The position numbers were made by a program, and so were the translations under genes. From an uncultured Bacteroidota bacterium (lineage in GTDB: Bacteria > Bacteroidota > Bacteroidia > Bacteroidales > UBA12481): 31,491 bases of DNA. A model generated the notes under the pieces. The model searched no databases, was not told where the DNA came from, and was given only the letters and a program-made list of their open reading frames with translations. The stretch covers positions 1-31,491 of the forward strand of contig CAILAQ010000043.1 of NCBI GenBank assembly GCA_903832165.1, given 5' to 3'. Positions 8,273 to 17,226 of this stretch are shown here, one piece after another. Position 1 is the first letter of the stretch, and every line of letters begins with the position of its first letter.

Positions 8273-9292
8273 ATGTTAGATAGGGTTAAACAGCTAATCG
8301 CTGAGGTGGAGAAGTTCGATACCGATATGGCGGAGGTGGCGGAAGAGTTCCGCATTCGCATGTTGGGGAAAAAGGGCGAAATAACGGAGCTTTTTGAGAA
8401 ATTCAAGGAGGTGGCTCCGCAGGATAAAAGAGCTTTCGGTCAGGAACTGAACGTTCTGAAAACCATTGCAATAAATAAGCTTAAGGAACTCCAGGAAAAG
8501 CACAAAAAGAGCTTCCGGATCGATCCGACCATCGACCTTACCCTCCCCGGCGACCCGATGCCCCTCGGCTCACGTCACCCGGTATCGCTCGTGCGTAATG
8601 AGATCATCGATATTTTCAGCCGCCTGGGTTTCACTATATCCAACGGCCCGGAAATTGAAGACGACTGGCATGTGTTCTCTGCCCTCAACTTTCCGCCGGA
8701 ACACCCGGCCCGCGATATGCAGGATACTTTCTTTATCGAGTCGGACCCTGATATCCTCCTGCGTACCCATACCTCATCGGTTCAGGTCCGCGTGATGGAA
8801 AAACAGAAGCCGCCCATCCGTACCATCAGCCCCGGTCGCGTTTTCCGCAACGAAGCCATCTCCGCCCGCTCACATTGTATATTCCATCAGGTGGAAGGCC
8901 TGTATATCAATAAGAATGTATCATTTGCCGATCTGAAACAGACATTGCTTTTCTTCTCAAAAGAGATGTTCGGCAAGGATACCCAAATCCGCCTCCGCCC
9001 ATCATTCTTCCCGTTCACCGAACCATCCGCCGAAATGGACGTATCATGCACCCTCTGCGGCGGTAAAGGCTGCAACATGTGCAAATACACCGGCTGGCTC
9101 GAAATTCTCGGCTGCGGAATGGTCGATCCCAACGTACTCGACAGTGTCGGCATCGATAGTCAGGAATACACCGGCTTCGCCTTCGGAATGGGGATTGAAC
9201 GGATTGCCTTACTAAAGTTCGGAATCAAGGACATCAGACTGCTCTTTGAGAACGACGTCAGATTCCTCCGCCAATTTACTTCCGCCCTGTAA
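8273..9292 (+). CDS. pheS: Phenylalanine--tRNA ligase alpha subunit
   Basis: GSRHP, HPARDMQDTF, LLRTHTSSVQ, FHQVEGL, RLRPSFFPFTEPSAE, GFAFGMGIERI. Confidence 0.98.
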   Translation: MLDRVKQLIAEVEKFDTDMAEVAEEFRIRMLGKKGEITELFEKFKEVAPQDKRAFGQELNVLKTIAINKLKELQEKHKKSFRIDPTIDLTLPGDPMPLGSRHPVSLVRNEIIDIFSRLGFTISNGPEIEDDWHVFSALNFPPEHPARDMQDTFFIESDPDILLRTHTSSVQVRVMEKQKPPIRTISPGRVFRNEAISARSHCIFHQVEGLYINKNVSFADLKQTLLFFSKEMFGKDTQIRLRPSFFPFTEPSAEMDVSCTLCGGKGCNMCKYTGWLEILGCGMVDPNVLDSVGIDSQEYTGFAFGMGIERIALLKFGIKDIRLLFENDVRFLRQFTSAL

Positions 9293-9380
9293 CAGGCTTC
9301 GCTCGCGCTCAGCTATCAGGCGCTGCGTGCTAACAGGTTCGATTCGCTCACTAATAGGCTCGGCTACGCCTCGCTAATTA
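9290..9380. repeat. Mini-array of TAWYAGG heptamers separated by GC-rich 10-17 nt segments
   Basis: TAACAGG(9290), TATCAGG(9314), TAACAGG(9331), TAATAGG(9352), degenerate TAATTAT(9375). Confidence 0.6.
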
Positions 9381-9791
9381 TTTAAGAACGATTTCGTACG
9401 TTAATTTAACCGCTCCCTTCAAGGTGGCCGCCACCCCGCAATACTTATCCTGCGACATATCTACACACTTCTGCAGCTTCTCGGCGTCAAGGTCTTTGCC
9501 GGTGAACTGAAAAATCATGTGTATCGCCTGGTATTTCATCGGATGTTCCTCAGCTATAGATCCTTTCATAATGATCTCGAGCGATTCCACTTCCTGACGC
9601 ATTTTCTTCGCCAGCGAAACCACATCCATACCCGTACAGCCACCCATCGATGCCATCAATAACGGCTTCGGCGTTGGTCCCTGATGCTTGCCGCCCACTG
9701 CCGGCGTGGCATCCATCATCACTTTATACTCATCTATCTGAGCTTCAAAGGCCATATCGCCCTTCCATACTACTGAAATCTGCTTTTCCAT
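9378..9791 (-). CDS. OsmC family protein
   Basis: GPTPKPLLMASMGGCTGMDVV...S.DKYC.VAATL; both conserved Cys present. Confidence 0.88.
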   Translation of the reverse strand: MEKQISVVWKGDMAFEAQIDEYKVMMDATPAVGGKHQGPTPKPLLMASMGGCTGMDVVSLAKKMRQEVESLEIIMKGSIAEEHPMKYQAIHMIFQFTGKDLDAEKLQKCVDMSQDKYCGVAATLKGAVKLTYEIVLK

Positions 9792-9882
9792 AGCTTCTTT
9801 TTCGGTTAATATACAACGTTTTCAACTAATGCAGAACATATTTATTAAGTTACATAATTGTAAACGGCTTGTTGAAAATTTT

Positions 9883-9890
9883 TATATTTG
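9883..9890 (+). promoter_or_regulatory. -7 promoter element of the Crp/Fnr gene
   Basis: TATATTTG matches TAnnTTTG, 5 nt before ATG 9896. Confidence 0.45.
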
Positions 9891-9895
9891 TCGTT

Positions 9896-10597
9896 ATGAA
9901 AATCGTTCCGCATGTTCCGATTTGTGACGAGTGCATAATCAAAGGTCATTCCATTTTCAAGGACCTGACTACCGACCAGCTCGACTCCGTCCATTATGGC
10001 AAAGGCAGCAGCCTTTACAAGAGAGGCAACATCGTTTACCATGAAGGTCACCGCATTAACGGATTTTATTGTGTGCAGGACGGCATAATCAAGATTTATA
10101 AAACCGGCATCGACGGCAAAGAGCAGATCATTCGTTTCGCCAAAGCCGGTGATATTATCGGCTTCCGCTCCGTGCTCAGCAAAGAACTAGCCTGCACTAC
10201 AGCCAAAGTAATTGAAGATTCCGTGCTCTGTTTTATCCCTTCGGAAAACCTGTTTCAGTTAGTGAAGGAAAATTCAACTTTCTCGATGCAGCTCATGCAG
10301 CTCACCTGCCGCGAACTCGGCGAAGCCAATAATTTCATTACCGATATCGCCCAGAAAACCGTTCGCGAACGCCTCGCCGAAATACTCCTGATCCTGATGG
10401 ATACCTTCGGCCTCGACCAGGACAAAGTGCTGAAAATTTCCCTTACCCGCGAAGAAATGGCCAATATGGTCGGTACCGCAACCGAATCGGTGATTCGCCT
10501 TCTCAGCGAGTTTAAGCTCGATAACCTCATCGATCTGCACGGCCGCAAAATCAGCCTGATCGACCTTCCCGGCCTGCGAAAAATCGCCAATATGTAA
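9896..10597 (+). CDS. Crp/Fnr family transcriptional regulator
   Basis: N-terminal CxxC (CDEC), cNMP-binding domain (G.IKIYK...G.IIGFRS), HTH TREEMANMVGTATESVIRLLS. Confidence 0.9.
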   Translation: MKIVPHVPICDECIIKGHSIFKDLTTDQLDSVHYGKGSSLYKRGNIVYHEGHRINGFYCVQDGIIKIYKTGIDGKEQIIRFAKAGDIIGFRSVLSKELACTTAKVIEDSVLCFIPSENLFQLVKENSTFSMQLMQLTCRELGEANNFITDIAQKTVRERLAEILLILMDTFGLDQDKVLKISLTREEMANMVGTATESVIRLLSEFKLDNLIDLHGRKISLIDLPGLRKIANM

Positions 10598-10603
10598 AGC
10601 CCG

Positions 10604-11539
10604 ATGTTCGATAACCTGGAAATTCTCGATTCTATCCGCCTGAATTTCAGTCCCGCAGGTTTGATTATCATGAACTTCACCATGGCGGTCATTATGTTCG
10701 GTATCGCTCTGGATCTGAATATCAAACAATTTCGTGAAATCATCGAACAACCTAAATCCTTGATAACCGGACTGGTATCTCAGTTCATACTCCTTCCGGC
10801 CGTTACCTTTCTGCTCATAAAAATAATTAACCCCTCCCCCGCCGTCGCTCTTGGTATGATCCTGGTGGCTGCCTGCCCCGGCGGAATCATCAGCAATTTC
10901 ATCACTTCCCTGGCAAAAGGCAACGTGGCACTCTCCATCAGTATGACCGCGTTCACCACCATCGCTGCAATCATTCTCACGCCTGCCAATTTTGCCCTCT
11001 GGGGATATTTATATGCCAGAACCTCTCCACTGCTCCGGCCTCTCCAAATCGACCCGCTGCAGATGTTCCTGACGGTGCTTATCCTGATGGCCATTCCTAT
11101 CACCCTCGGCATCCTCTTTACCCGCTATTTTCCCGATACGGCAAAGAAAATCATGAAACCTTTCCGCATCTTCTCCTTTCTGGCCTTCGTTGCCTTCGTT
11201 GTCATGGCTTTCTCAAATAATTTCGACCATTTCCTGAATTATGTCCCCGCGATATTTGTTATTGTTTTGATACATAACGCACTGAGTACTTTCACCGGCT
11301 GGTCGGCTGCCAAAATTATGAAACGCCCCCAAAGAGATATCCGCTCGATAGCCCTCGAAACAGGTATTCAGAACAGCGCACTCGGACTCATCCTGATATT
11401 CAATCCGAAAATATTCCCCCCGGATCTCGATCTGGGCGGAATGGCCTTCATCGCCGCCTGGTGGGGTATCTGGCATATCATTGCCGGACTGATCCTGGCC
11501 GGGCTCTGGTCGAAAAGGCCTTTATCTGTTGTACCCTGA
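10604..11539 (+). CDS. Bile acid:sodium symporter (BASS) family transporter
   Basis: MFGIAL.L, ACPGG.ISN, GNVALS.SMT, ETGIQNS; about 9 hydrophobic segments. Confidence 0.9.
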   Translation: MFDNLEILDSIRLNFSPAGLIIMNFTMAVIMFGIALDLNIKQFREIIEQPKSLITGLVSQFILLPAVTFLLIKIINPSPAVALGMILVAACPGGIISNFITSLAKGNVALSISMTAFTTIAAIILTPANFALWGYLYARTSPLLRPLQIDPLQMFLTVLILMAIPITLGILFTRYFPDTAKKIMKPFRIFSFLAFVAFVVMAFSNNFDHFLNYVPAIFVIVLIHNALSTFTGWSAAKIMKRPQRDIRSIALETGIQNSALGLILIFNPKIFPPDLDLGGMAFIAAWWGIWHIIAGLILAGLWSKRPLSVVP

Positions 11540-11557
11540 CTTTCAAAATCTGAATTC

Positions 11558-12913
11558 ATGAGAAAAGTTGAAAATTTTACATTTGGATACCTGTTCGTGA
11601 GGCTATGGCCAAGATTCTCCTTCAAGCATATTTTTTACCGCCGGACAGAAATCCGCGGACTCGATAAATTCCGCAGTAACGATCCGCTCATTTTTGCCCC
11701 CAATCACCAGAATGCCCTCATGGACGCCCTGGTTTTCGTGACAACCCTGCCGCAGCAGCCGATTTTTCTTGCCCGTGCCGATATCTTCAAGCCAGGTCTC
11801 CTCACCCGGTTCCTGAATTTTATCAAAATGATGCCCGTTTACCGCATCCGCGATGGCTATGAAAATCTGGCCAAAAATCAGGAAGTGTTCGACCGCTGTA
11901 CCGAAATATTGCGCACCGGCCACTCCCTCTGCATGTTTCCTGAAGGCAACCACGGCGACAAGCGCTTTTTCCGCCCGCTGAAAAAAGGGTTGGCCCGAAT
12001 CGCCTTCGAAGCCGAGGACGCGTGCGACTTTAAACTTGGTCTCATGATTGTCCCTTGCGGAATCGACTATTCCAATTATGAAAATGTTCGGGGCCGCCTC
12101 ACGGTCAGCTACGGCGATCCTATCACCATAACCGATCTGAAAGAGGTGTACCGCAGCGATCCGCAAACCGCTCTCAAAGAGCTGAATAATCGCATACGAA
12201 TCAATATCGAGCCCCACATGATCGAGATCCCCTGGGAGGATATTTATTTTATGGTGATGGACCTCAGGATAATGTACGGCAAGCGCTTCCGTGAACTGAA
12301 AAATCTTCCGGGAAAAACCCTCTTCAATAAATTCGACGCAGATAAGGAGATGATCCGCATGATCGGTACCCTCCGCGAAACCGAACCGGAAAAAATTGCC
12401 AGCCTTAACAGCCTGGTGATGGAATACTGGAAACTTTTGAAGAAACACAATTTCCGCGACCACACCGTCGAAAATCAGCCATACGGACCGCTGCGCCTGA
12501 TATGGAACACCATCATACTGGCCATCGGATTTCCGCTGCACCTCTATTCCCTGATCAACAATTACCACCTGTTCCGTATCCCGATGATCCTGTCGCGCAA
12601 GCTTTTCAAGGATCCCCAGTTCTGGTCAACAGGCGCTTTTGTAATCAGCATGATCGCCATGCTGCCGCTAAGCTATGCCATTCAAACCCTCATTGTCGGA
12701 CTGATATTCAAATCCTGGTTGATCTGCCTTGCCTATTGGGCCACCCTGCTGCCCGCATCGCTGTACATGCTCCACTACATGTTCGAAAACCGCAAATGGC
12801 GCTCACGTATCCGATTCATGTGGATGAAAGGCAGGAAAAACAAGGATATTGACAGGCTGACTGAGCTGCGAAAAGAAATTTTAATCAAAATGGACGGTTT
12901 GGTTAGGGAGTAG
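11558..12913 (+). CDS. 1-acyl-sn-glycerol-3-phosphate acyltransferase family protein
   Basis: NHQNALMD (HX4D), FLARADIF, FPEG motifs; C-terminal membrane segments. Confidence 0.88.
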   Translation: MRKVENFTFGYLFVRLWPRFSFKHIFYRRTEIRGLDKFRSNDPLIFAPNHQNALMDALVFVTTLPQQPIFLARADIFKPGLLTRFLNFIKMMPVYRIRDGYENLAKNQEVFDRCTEILRTGHSLCMFPEGNHGDKRFFRPLKKGLARIAFEAEDACDFKLGLMIVPCGIDYSNYENVRGRLTVSYGDPITITDLKEVYRSDPQTALKELNNRIRINIEPHMIEIPWEDIYFMVMDLRIMYGKRFRELKNLPGKTLFNKFDADKEMIRMIGTLRETEPEKIASLNSLVMEYWKLLKKHNFRDHTVENQPYGPLRLIWNTIILAIGFPLHLYSLINNYHLFRIPMILSRKLFKDPQFWSTGAFVISMIAMLPLSYAIQTLIVGLIFKSWLICLAYWATLLPASLYMLHYMFENRKWRSRIRFMWMKGRKNKDIDRLTELRKEILIKMDGLVRE

Positions 12914-12989
12914 GTAGTACTCAGTCGGCAGTCTTCAGTACTCAGTACTCAGTACTCGGTACGACAGCATAAAGGTCCCCGCTTCAAAA

Positions 12990-13061
12990 TGTCGTGGTAA
13001 GGGGCGGGGTCCCCGCCTCCGGCTTCGCCTTCGCGGAGATGACAACTCTATCGGGGGCAAT
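12990..13061 (+). repeat. 72-bp REP-like unit, left-arm copy
   Basis: TCGTGGTAAGGGGCGGGGTCCCCGCCTCCGGCTTCGCCTTCGCGGAGATGACAACTCTATCGGGGG, inverted relative to 13433-13576. Confidence 0.9.
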
Positions 13062-13079
13062 TAGCGCGTTAAAATCTGG

Positions 13080-13370
13080 TCAAAGGGTAGAGGTGATATC
13101 GTTCCAGCCAGGGTTGGATTTGTTAATAAGGTTGTCTTTCCACTCGCGATTCCATTTTTTCAGTTGTTTCTCACGCTTAATGGCTTGATCAACATACTTA
13201 AATGACTCGTAATAAACAAGCTTACAAATGTTGTATCTCCAAGTAAATCCCGAATTCAAATGACTTTTGTATTCAGAAATTCGCCTTTTAACATCATTTG
13301 AAAACCCGACATAAATAACCTTGTTATTTTCAGTAGACATGATGTAAACAAAAAATGAATAGGTACCCAT
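13080..13370 (-). CDS. Small stand-alone GIY-YIG nuclease (Slx1/UPF0213-like bacterial group)
   Basis: FVYIM...IYVG.S.D..RR..E, KLVYYE, AIKREKQLKKWNREWK..LI.K.NP.W.D. Visibly AT-richer than its neighbours. Confidence 0.9.
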   Translation of the reverse strand: MGTYSFFVYIMSTENNKVIYVGFSNDVKRRISEYKSHLNSGFTWRYNICKLVYYESFKYVDQAIKREKQLKKWNREWKDNLINKSNPGWNDITSTL

Positions 13371-13432
13371 TTGCTTCTTTTCTCATTATAGACGCAAAAA
13401 AGTCACCCAAATGGAGAAATCTATCTTACATA

Positions 13433-13576
13433 TTTACCCCCGATAGAGTTGTCATCCCCGCGAAGGCGAAGCCGGAGGCGGGGACCCCGTCCCTTACCAC
13501 GAAATTTACCCCCGATAGAGTTGTCATCCCCGCGAAGGCGAAGCCGGAGGCGGGGACCCCGTCCCTTACCACGAAA
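13433..13576. repeat. Two identical tandem 72-bp REP-like units
   Basis: TTTACCCCCGATAGAGTTGTCATCCCCGCGAAGGCGAAGCCGGAGGCGGGGACCCCGTCCCTTACCACGAAA at 13433-13504 and 13505-13576, no mismatches. Confidence 0.95.
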
Positions 13577-13635
13577 CTACGCGGGGACCTTTACGCTGCC
13601 TTACTGAGTACTGAGTACTGAAGACTGAAAACTAC

Positions 13636-16185
13636 CTACTCCCTCACCACCTTAATCACCTTCCGGTCTTTTCCGTTAATCACTGCCACCAGGTAAACCC
13701 CCGCCGGAACCCCACTCATGTCTATCTGAACGTTGCTGCCCGACGAAAGTCTCTCTGTCTTTATCATTCTTCCGTCTAAAGTGAGCAAAGTCATCAGCAG
13801 CTCACTCTGTTCCATACTTCCTGCGGAGATGTTTAGTCTTTCCCTGCAGGGGTTAGGATAAGCCGAAACGGTAATTCCGCCGCCCGCAGCAATATCTTCC
13901 ACACCGTTGAACACAGCGATTTTGAAGTCCCAGATGCCCCGGCCGTAAGTGCTGAACCTTGCCGTACGCAACACCGGAATATAATCAACCCCCCAGTAAG
14001 TCTGCTGCGGAGCCGACAGGCCCGACAGTTCGTACCACTGATCTTTCGCCACGATATAAACCCACGGACCAACCTCGGAGGCCGCGAAAAGCAAGCTACC
14101 GTCTGAATTGCAGGTCATCTCATAAATCAGGCTGTTCTTCAGCCCTTTGTTCATCATCTGGAACGTAAGGCCCCCATCGTGCGATACCCACACAGGCGAG
14201 CCCGAATATCCGCTCCCGGCAAGCCAGATGGTGTTGATGTCGCGCGGCGACGGTACAATGCTGTTTCCATAAAAATAGTGACTGTCCGGACCGCGGTTCG
14301 TGGATTGGGTATACGTGGTGCCACGGTCGGTGGACGTGAAAAATTTACCGGACGAATTGAGCACGTAACGATAGTCTTTATTGATGGGCGAAAAAGCCAT
14401 GGAGGCAATGCGGGTATTTGGATCGCCATTGCTGAAATCCGTCGGCAGCTCGGAGTAAGTGATGCCGGCTGTGGTATAGGTGAGATACCATAAATGAGCT
14501 CCGGTAGTGGAGGTTCCACCGGCCAGATATACCCGCTCGGGGAAGTAAGGATCCGCCAGGAGAGGAGGCATCCAGTACTGATTCTTCATCTTCATATCGT
14601 CGAAACCCTTGGTCGACATGGCATTGCTTACTGAAGCATCAGGATAGTACATGGCAAATCCGGGATATACAGTCCACATGCTGTTGCCCCCGTCGCCCGA
14701 TACAATATGCCCGTAATCGCCGCTGATCGTCTGGTCGAACTTCACTGCCCTGTCATTCACCTCCCAGCTCTTCTGAAATCCCTGATCCTGCGAACCAACG
14801 TAAATTACATTTGTCTTGGTCCGATGGGTATAACTTCCATAATACTGACTGATATTCAATCCGTTAAGTGATACGTTCGTCACTCCAGCCAATTGATTTT
14901 CTGAACTATAGGATCCCCCGTCGGTGCTCACATAAGCCAGATCGGTACCATCGGGCTTTTTAAAAAACTCCACCTCTGGGATATCGGCATGAAGCTTGTG
15001 TGCCATATCACCGTAATAGTCGCCCCAGCCATTCACATAAATCCAGGTAACTCCGCCATCATTGCTGTACTGAACCTCCATGCCCCCGAAGGCAATCAGG
15101 TTCGGATTGGTTGGCGAGGCGCCGAAACTGTTCGACATGAAGGGTCCCTGGTCCACCGATCCGCGATAAGTCCAGCCGGTACCTCCTGGAGCCGATCCGT
15201 AAAAGCGGCTTGCCTTGTCGAGCCGGAACATCGCATAAAGACCGGTAACCGAGGAAATCGTGTTGCCCGCCAATTGTACCTGGTTGATTTCACTGGTGGC
15301 GAAATTCAGATTCACATCGGCAGTTTTCAGCCAGGCAGTGGAATCCTGCAGGGAGTATACCTGATTTTTATCGATCAGGTACAAGGAATCTGTGCCGAAT
15401 CTGTTCGTCCAGATATCGGACAAATTCGATCCGTTGCTTTTGACAATCCGTGTAAAAGTGGCGCCGAGATCTTTCGACCGGAACAGAAAAAGCGAGGGTG
15501 ATTTGTATGCCAGTATATAAAGAGTGCCATCGGCCTGACTCACCGAGCGAATCAGGTTGTATCCGTTATAATAGGATGATAATCCGCCGCTTAACTTCCA
15601 TGTGATGCCCATGTCGTCGGAATAATTCATGCGAACCCGGTCGTTCGATGCCAGCACTCGGGTACCACCGGCAAACGGAAAAGCTCTGATAAACTGAATA
15701 TTACTGATTCGGTAAGGATCGGAAATGGTTTTCCAGTTCTGCCCGTCGATGGTTCCCACAAAAATCTGTCCGCCATCTGCGGCTGCATACAGGCGGTTAT
15801 TGGTAAAGTCGACGTCAACACAATGCACCCGGCCAGCCAGATTGCTGCTTCCTTTTTCTATCCACTGCCCAGTCAGGGAACCATCGGCTATTCTTTCGAT
15901 CACCCCACTCTTGAGCTGTCCTGTGCGTGCGGCCTCCTGCAACGCGGGCAGCCGTTCCTGGTACATTTCGAACCTGGTCTGCTGGTCCATTTCGCGCCAG
16001 TCAACTCCTGGTGCGGCCTGGTGCATGGCATCAATCCACTCCTGCCTTTTGATTTGGTTATCAGATTCTTCGGACATAATTTCAACCGGCTGCGGCTTAA
16101 CAGTTTGTTTCGTGAGCAGAAGTCCTGTAAAAACTGCCGTGCCGGCTATCAGCAGCGTGACAGCCAAATAAATATATCGCTTCAT
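13636..16185 (-). CDS. T9SS-secreted BNR/Asp-box beta-propeller (VPS10-like) protein
   Basis: Signal/anchor MKRYIYLAVTLLIAGTAVF; Asp-boxes SDDMGITW, SKDLGATF, SNDGGVTW, STDRGTTY, SHDGGLTF; CTD AYPNPC...GVYLV...KVIKVVRE. Confidence 0.8.
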   Translation of the reverse strand: MKRYIYLAVTLLIAGTAVFTGLLLTKQTVKPQPVEIMSEESDNQIKRQEWIDAMHQAAPGVDWREMDQQTRFEMYQERLPALQEAARTGQLKSGVIERIADGSLTGQWIEKGSSNLAGRVHCVDVDFTNNRLYAAADGGQIFVGTIDGQNWKTISDPYRISNIQFIRAFPFAGGTRVLASNDRVRMNYSDDMGITWKLSGGLSSYYNGYNLIRSVSQADGTLYILAYKSPSLFLFRSKDLGATFTRIVKSNGSNLSDIWTNRFGTDSLYLIDKNQVYSLQDSTAWLKTADVNLNFATSEINQVQLAGNTISSVTGLYAMFRLDKASRFYGSAPGGTGWTYRGSVDQGPFMSNSFGASPTNPNLIAFGGMEVQYSNDGGVTWIYVNGWGDYYGDMAHKLHADIPEVEFFKKPDGTDLAYVSTDGGSYSSENQLAGVTNVSLNGLNISQYYGSYTHRTKTNVIYVGSQDQGFQKSWEVNDRAVKFDQTISGDYGHIVSGDGGNSMWTVYPGFAMYYPDASVSNAMSTKGFDDMKMKNQYWMPPLLADPYFPERVYLAGGTSTTGAHLWYLTYTTAGITYSELPTDFSNGDPNTRIASMAFSPINKDYRYVLNSSGKFFTSTDRGTTYTQSTNRGPDSHYFYGNSIVPSPRDINTIWLAGSGYSGSPVWVSHDGGLTFQMMNKGLKNSLIYEMTCNSDGSLLFAASEVGPWVYIVAKDQWYELSGLSAPQQTYWGVDYIPVLRTARFSTYGRGIWDFKIAVFNGVEDIAAGGGITVSAYPNPCRERLNISAGSMEQSELLMTLLTLDGRMIKTERLSSGSNVQIDMSGVPAGVYLVAVINGKDRKVIKVVRE

Positions 16186-16201
16186 GGTAAAATAGGTGTA
16201 A

Positions 16202-17224
16202 TCAGAATAATCTTGATTGCGATTCGCCGGGAACCTTGCCCAGGTGAATATAAGCTTTTTCCGTGGCTTCACGACCGCGTGGCGTGCGTTTAAGATAACC
16301 TTCCTGAATCAGGAATGGTTCGTAAACCTCTTCGATAGTACCCGGCTCTTCACCCACGGATACCGCAATGGTATTGAGCCCTACCGGACCGCCGCTGAAT
16401 TTGTTCACCAGGGTATTCAAAATGCGGTTATCCATTTCGTCGAGTCCATGTGCATCAATGTTCAGTGCATTCAATCCATGCCTGGTAATCGCTATGTCGA
16501 TTTTACCATCGCCTTTTACCTGCGCAAAATCCCGGATCCTCCGAAGCAAAGCATTGGCAATCCTCGGTGTTCCCCGGCTGCGCGTGGCAATCTCAATGGA
16601 AGCATCATCGGATATCTGAACGTTCAGTATGGAGGCCGACCGCTTGACAATGCGGTTGAGTACCTCTTTGTTGTAATATTCAAGGTAACAGGTAATCCCG
16701 AATCTGGCCCTTAACGGACTGGTAAGCAGGCCCGAACGGGTAGTTGCACCAATCAGCGTAAAAGGATTCAGATCGAGCTGGATCGATCGTGCCCCCGGCC
16801 CCTTATCGATCATGATGTCAATCCTGTAATCCTCCATGGCCGAGTACAGGTATTCTTCAACTACAGGACTCAGCCTGTGTATTTCATCGATAAATAATAC
16901 ATCGCCCTTCTCAAGCGAAGTAAGCAATCCTGCCAGATCACCAGGCTTATCCAGAACAGGGCCCGATGTCATTTTCATGCCAACACGCAATTCTTTGGAA
17001 ATAATATGCGAAAGGGTGGTTTTTCCTAGTCCGGGGGGGCCATGCAGCAATACATGGTCAAGCGCCTCGCCACGCATGGTGGCAGCCTGAACAAATACCC
17101 GAAGATTGCTGATGACTTTTTCCTGACCCGAAAAATCGGAAAACTCTATCGGCCTTAACTGCCGTTCAATTTCCTGATCATCGGTTTGTTCGTCAGGTTC
17201 CCTGAAATCATAGGGTTCAGACAT
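16202..17224 (-). CDS. ruvB: Holliday junction branch migration helicase RuvB
   Basis: [59 protein letters not shown]. Confidence 0.98.
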   Translation of the reverse strand: MSEPYDFREPDEQTDDQEIERQLRPIEFSDFSGQEKVISNLRVFVQAATMRGEALDHVLLHGPPGLGKTTLSHIISKELRVGMKMTSGPVLDKPGDLAGLLTSLEKGDVLFIDEIHRLSPVVEEYLYSAMEDYRIDIMIDKGPGARSIQLDLNPFTLIGATTRSGLLTSPLRARFGITCYLEYYNKEVLNRIVKRSASILNVQISDDASIEIATRSRGTPRIANALLRRIRDFAQVKGDGKIDIAITRHGLNALNIDAHGLDEMDNRILNTLVNKFSGGPVGLNTIAVSVGEEPGTIEEVYEPFLIQEGYLKRTPRGREATEKAYIHLGKVPGESQSRLF

Positions 17225-17226
17225 AA

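Larger units (their letters stand above)
12901..13648. mobile_element. GIY-YIG nuclease cassette bounded by long composite inverted repeats (REPtron-like; mobility inferred)
   Basis: Left arm 12901-13061 is the reverse complement of right arm 13433-13648 in four blocks: 18-bp terminus (1 mismatch), 26-bp perfect heptamer block, 20-bp block (2 mismatches), 72-bp REP unit (5 mismatches). Confidence 0.65.

Noticed and set aside
11603-12568. Long antisense ORFs (e.g. 364-1077, 4411-4980, 11603-12568, 29317-29847)
   Set aside because: Shadows of well-supported genes on the opposite strand, with no family motifs.
13080-13370. Nuclease inactive because the usual EH is EY
   Set aside because: Tyr occurs at the equivalent position in active GIY-YIG enzymes such as UvrC. 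The other key Tyr, Arg, Glu and Asn residues and the frame are intact.
13433-13576. CRISPR array
   Set aside because: Units are 72 bp, directly abutting and identical, with no unique spacers and no cas genes.
13355-13621. ORF with duplicated FTPDRVVIPAKAKPEAGTPSLTTK, and ORF 12994-13188
   Set aside because: Both are just translations of the repeat arms and overlap the nuclease gene; no independent evidence of coding.
12901-13648. Classical IS or MITE with target-site duplication
   Set aside because: No DDE, HUH or serine transposase and no flanking direct repeat; reported instead as a nuclease-repeat cassette.
17033-17039. G7 tract as a phase-variation site
   Set aside because: It encodes the invariant GPPG Walker A of RuvB, in frame.
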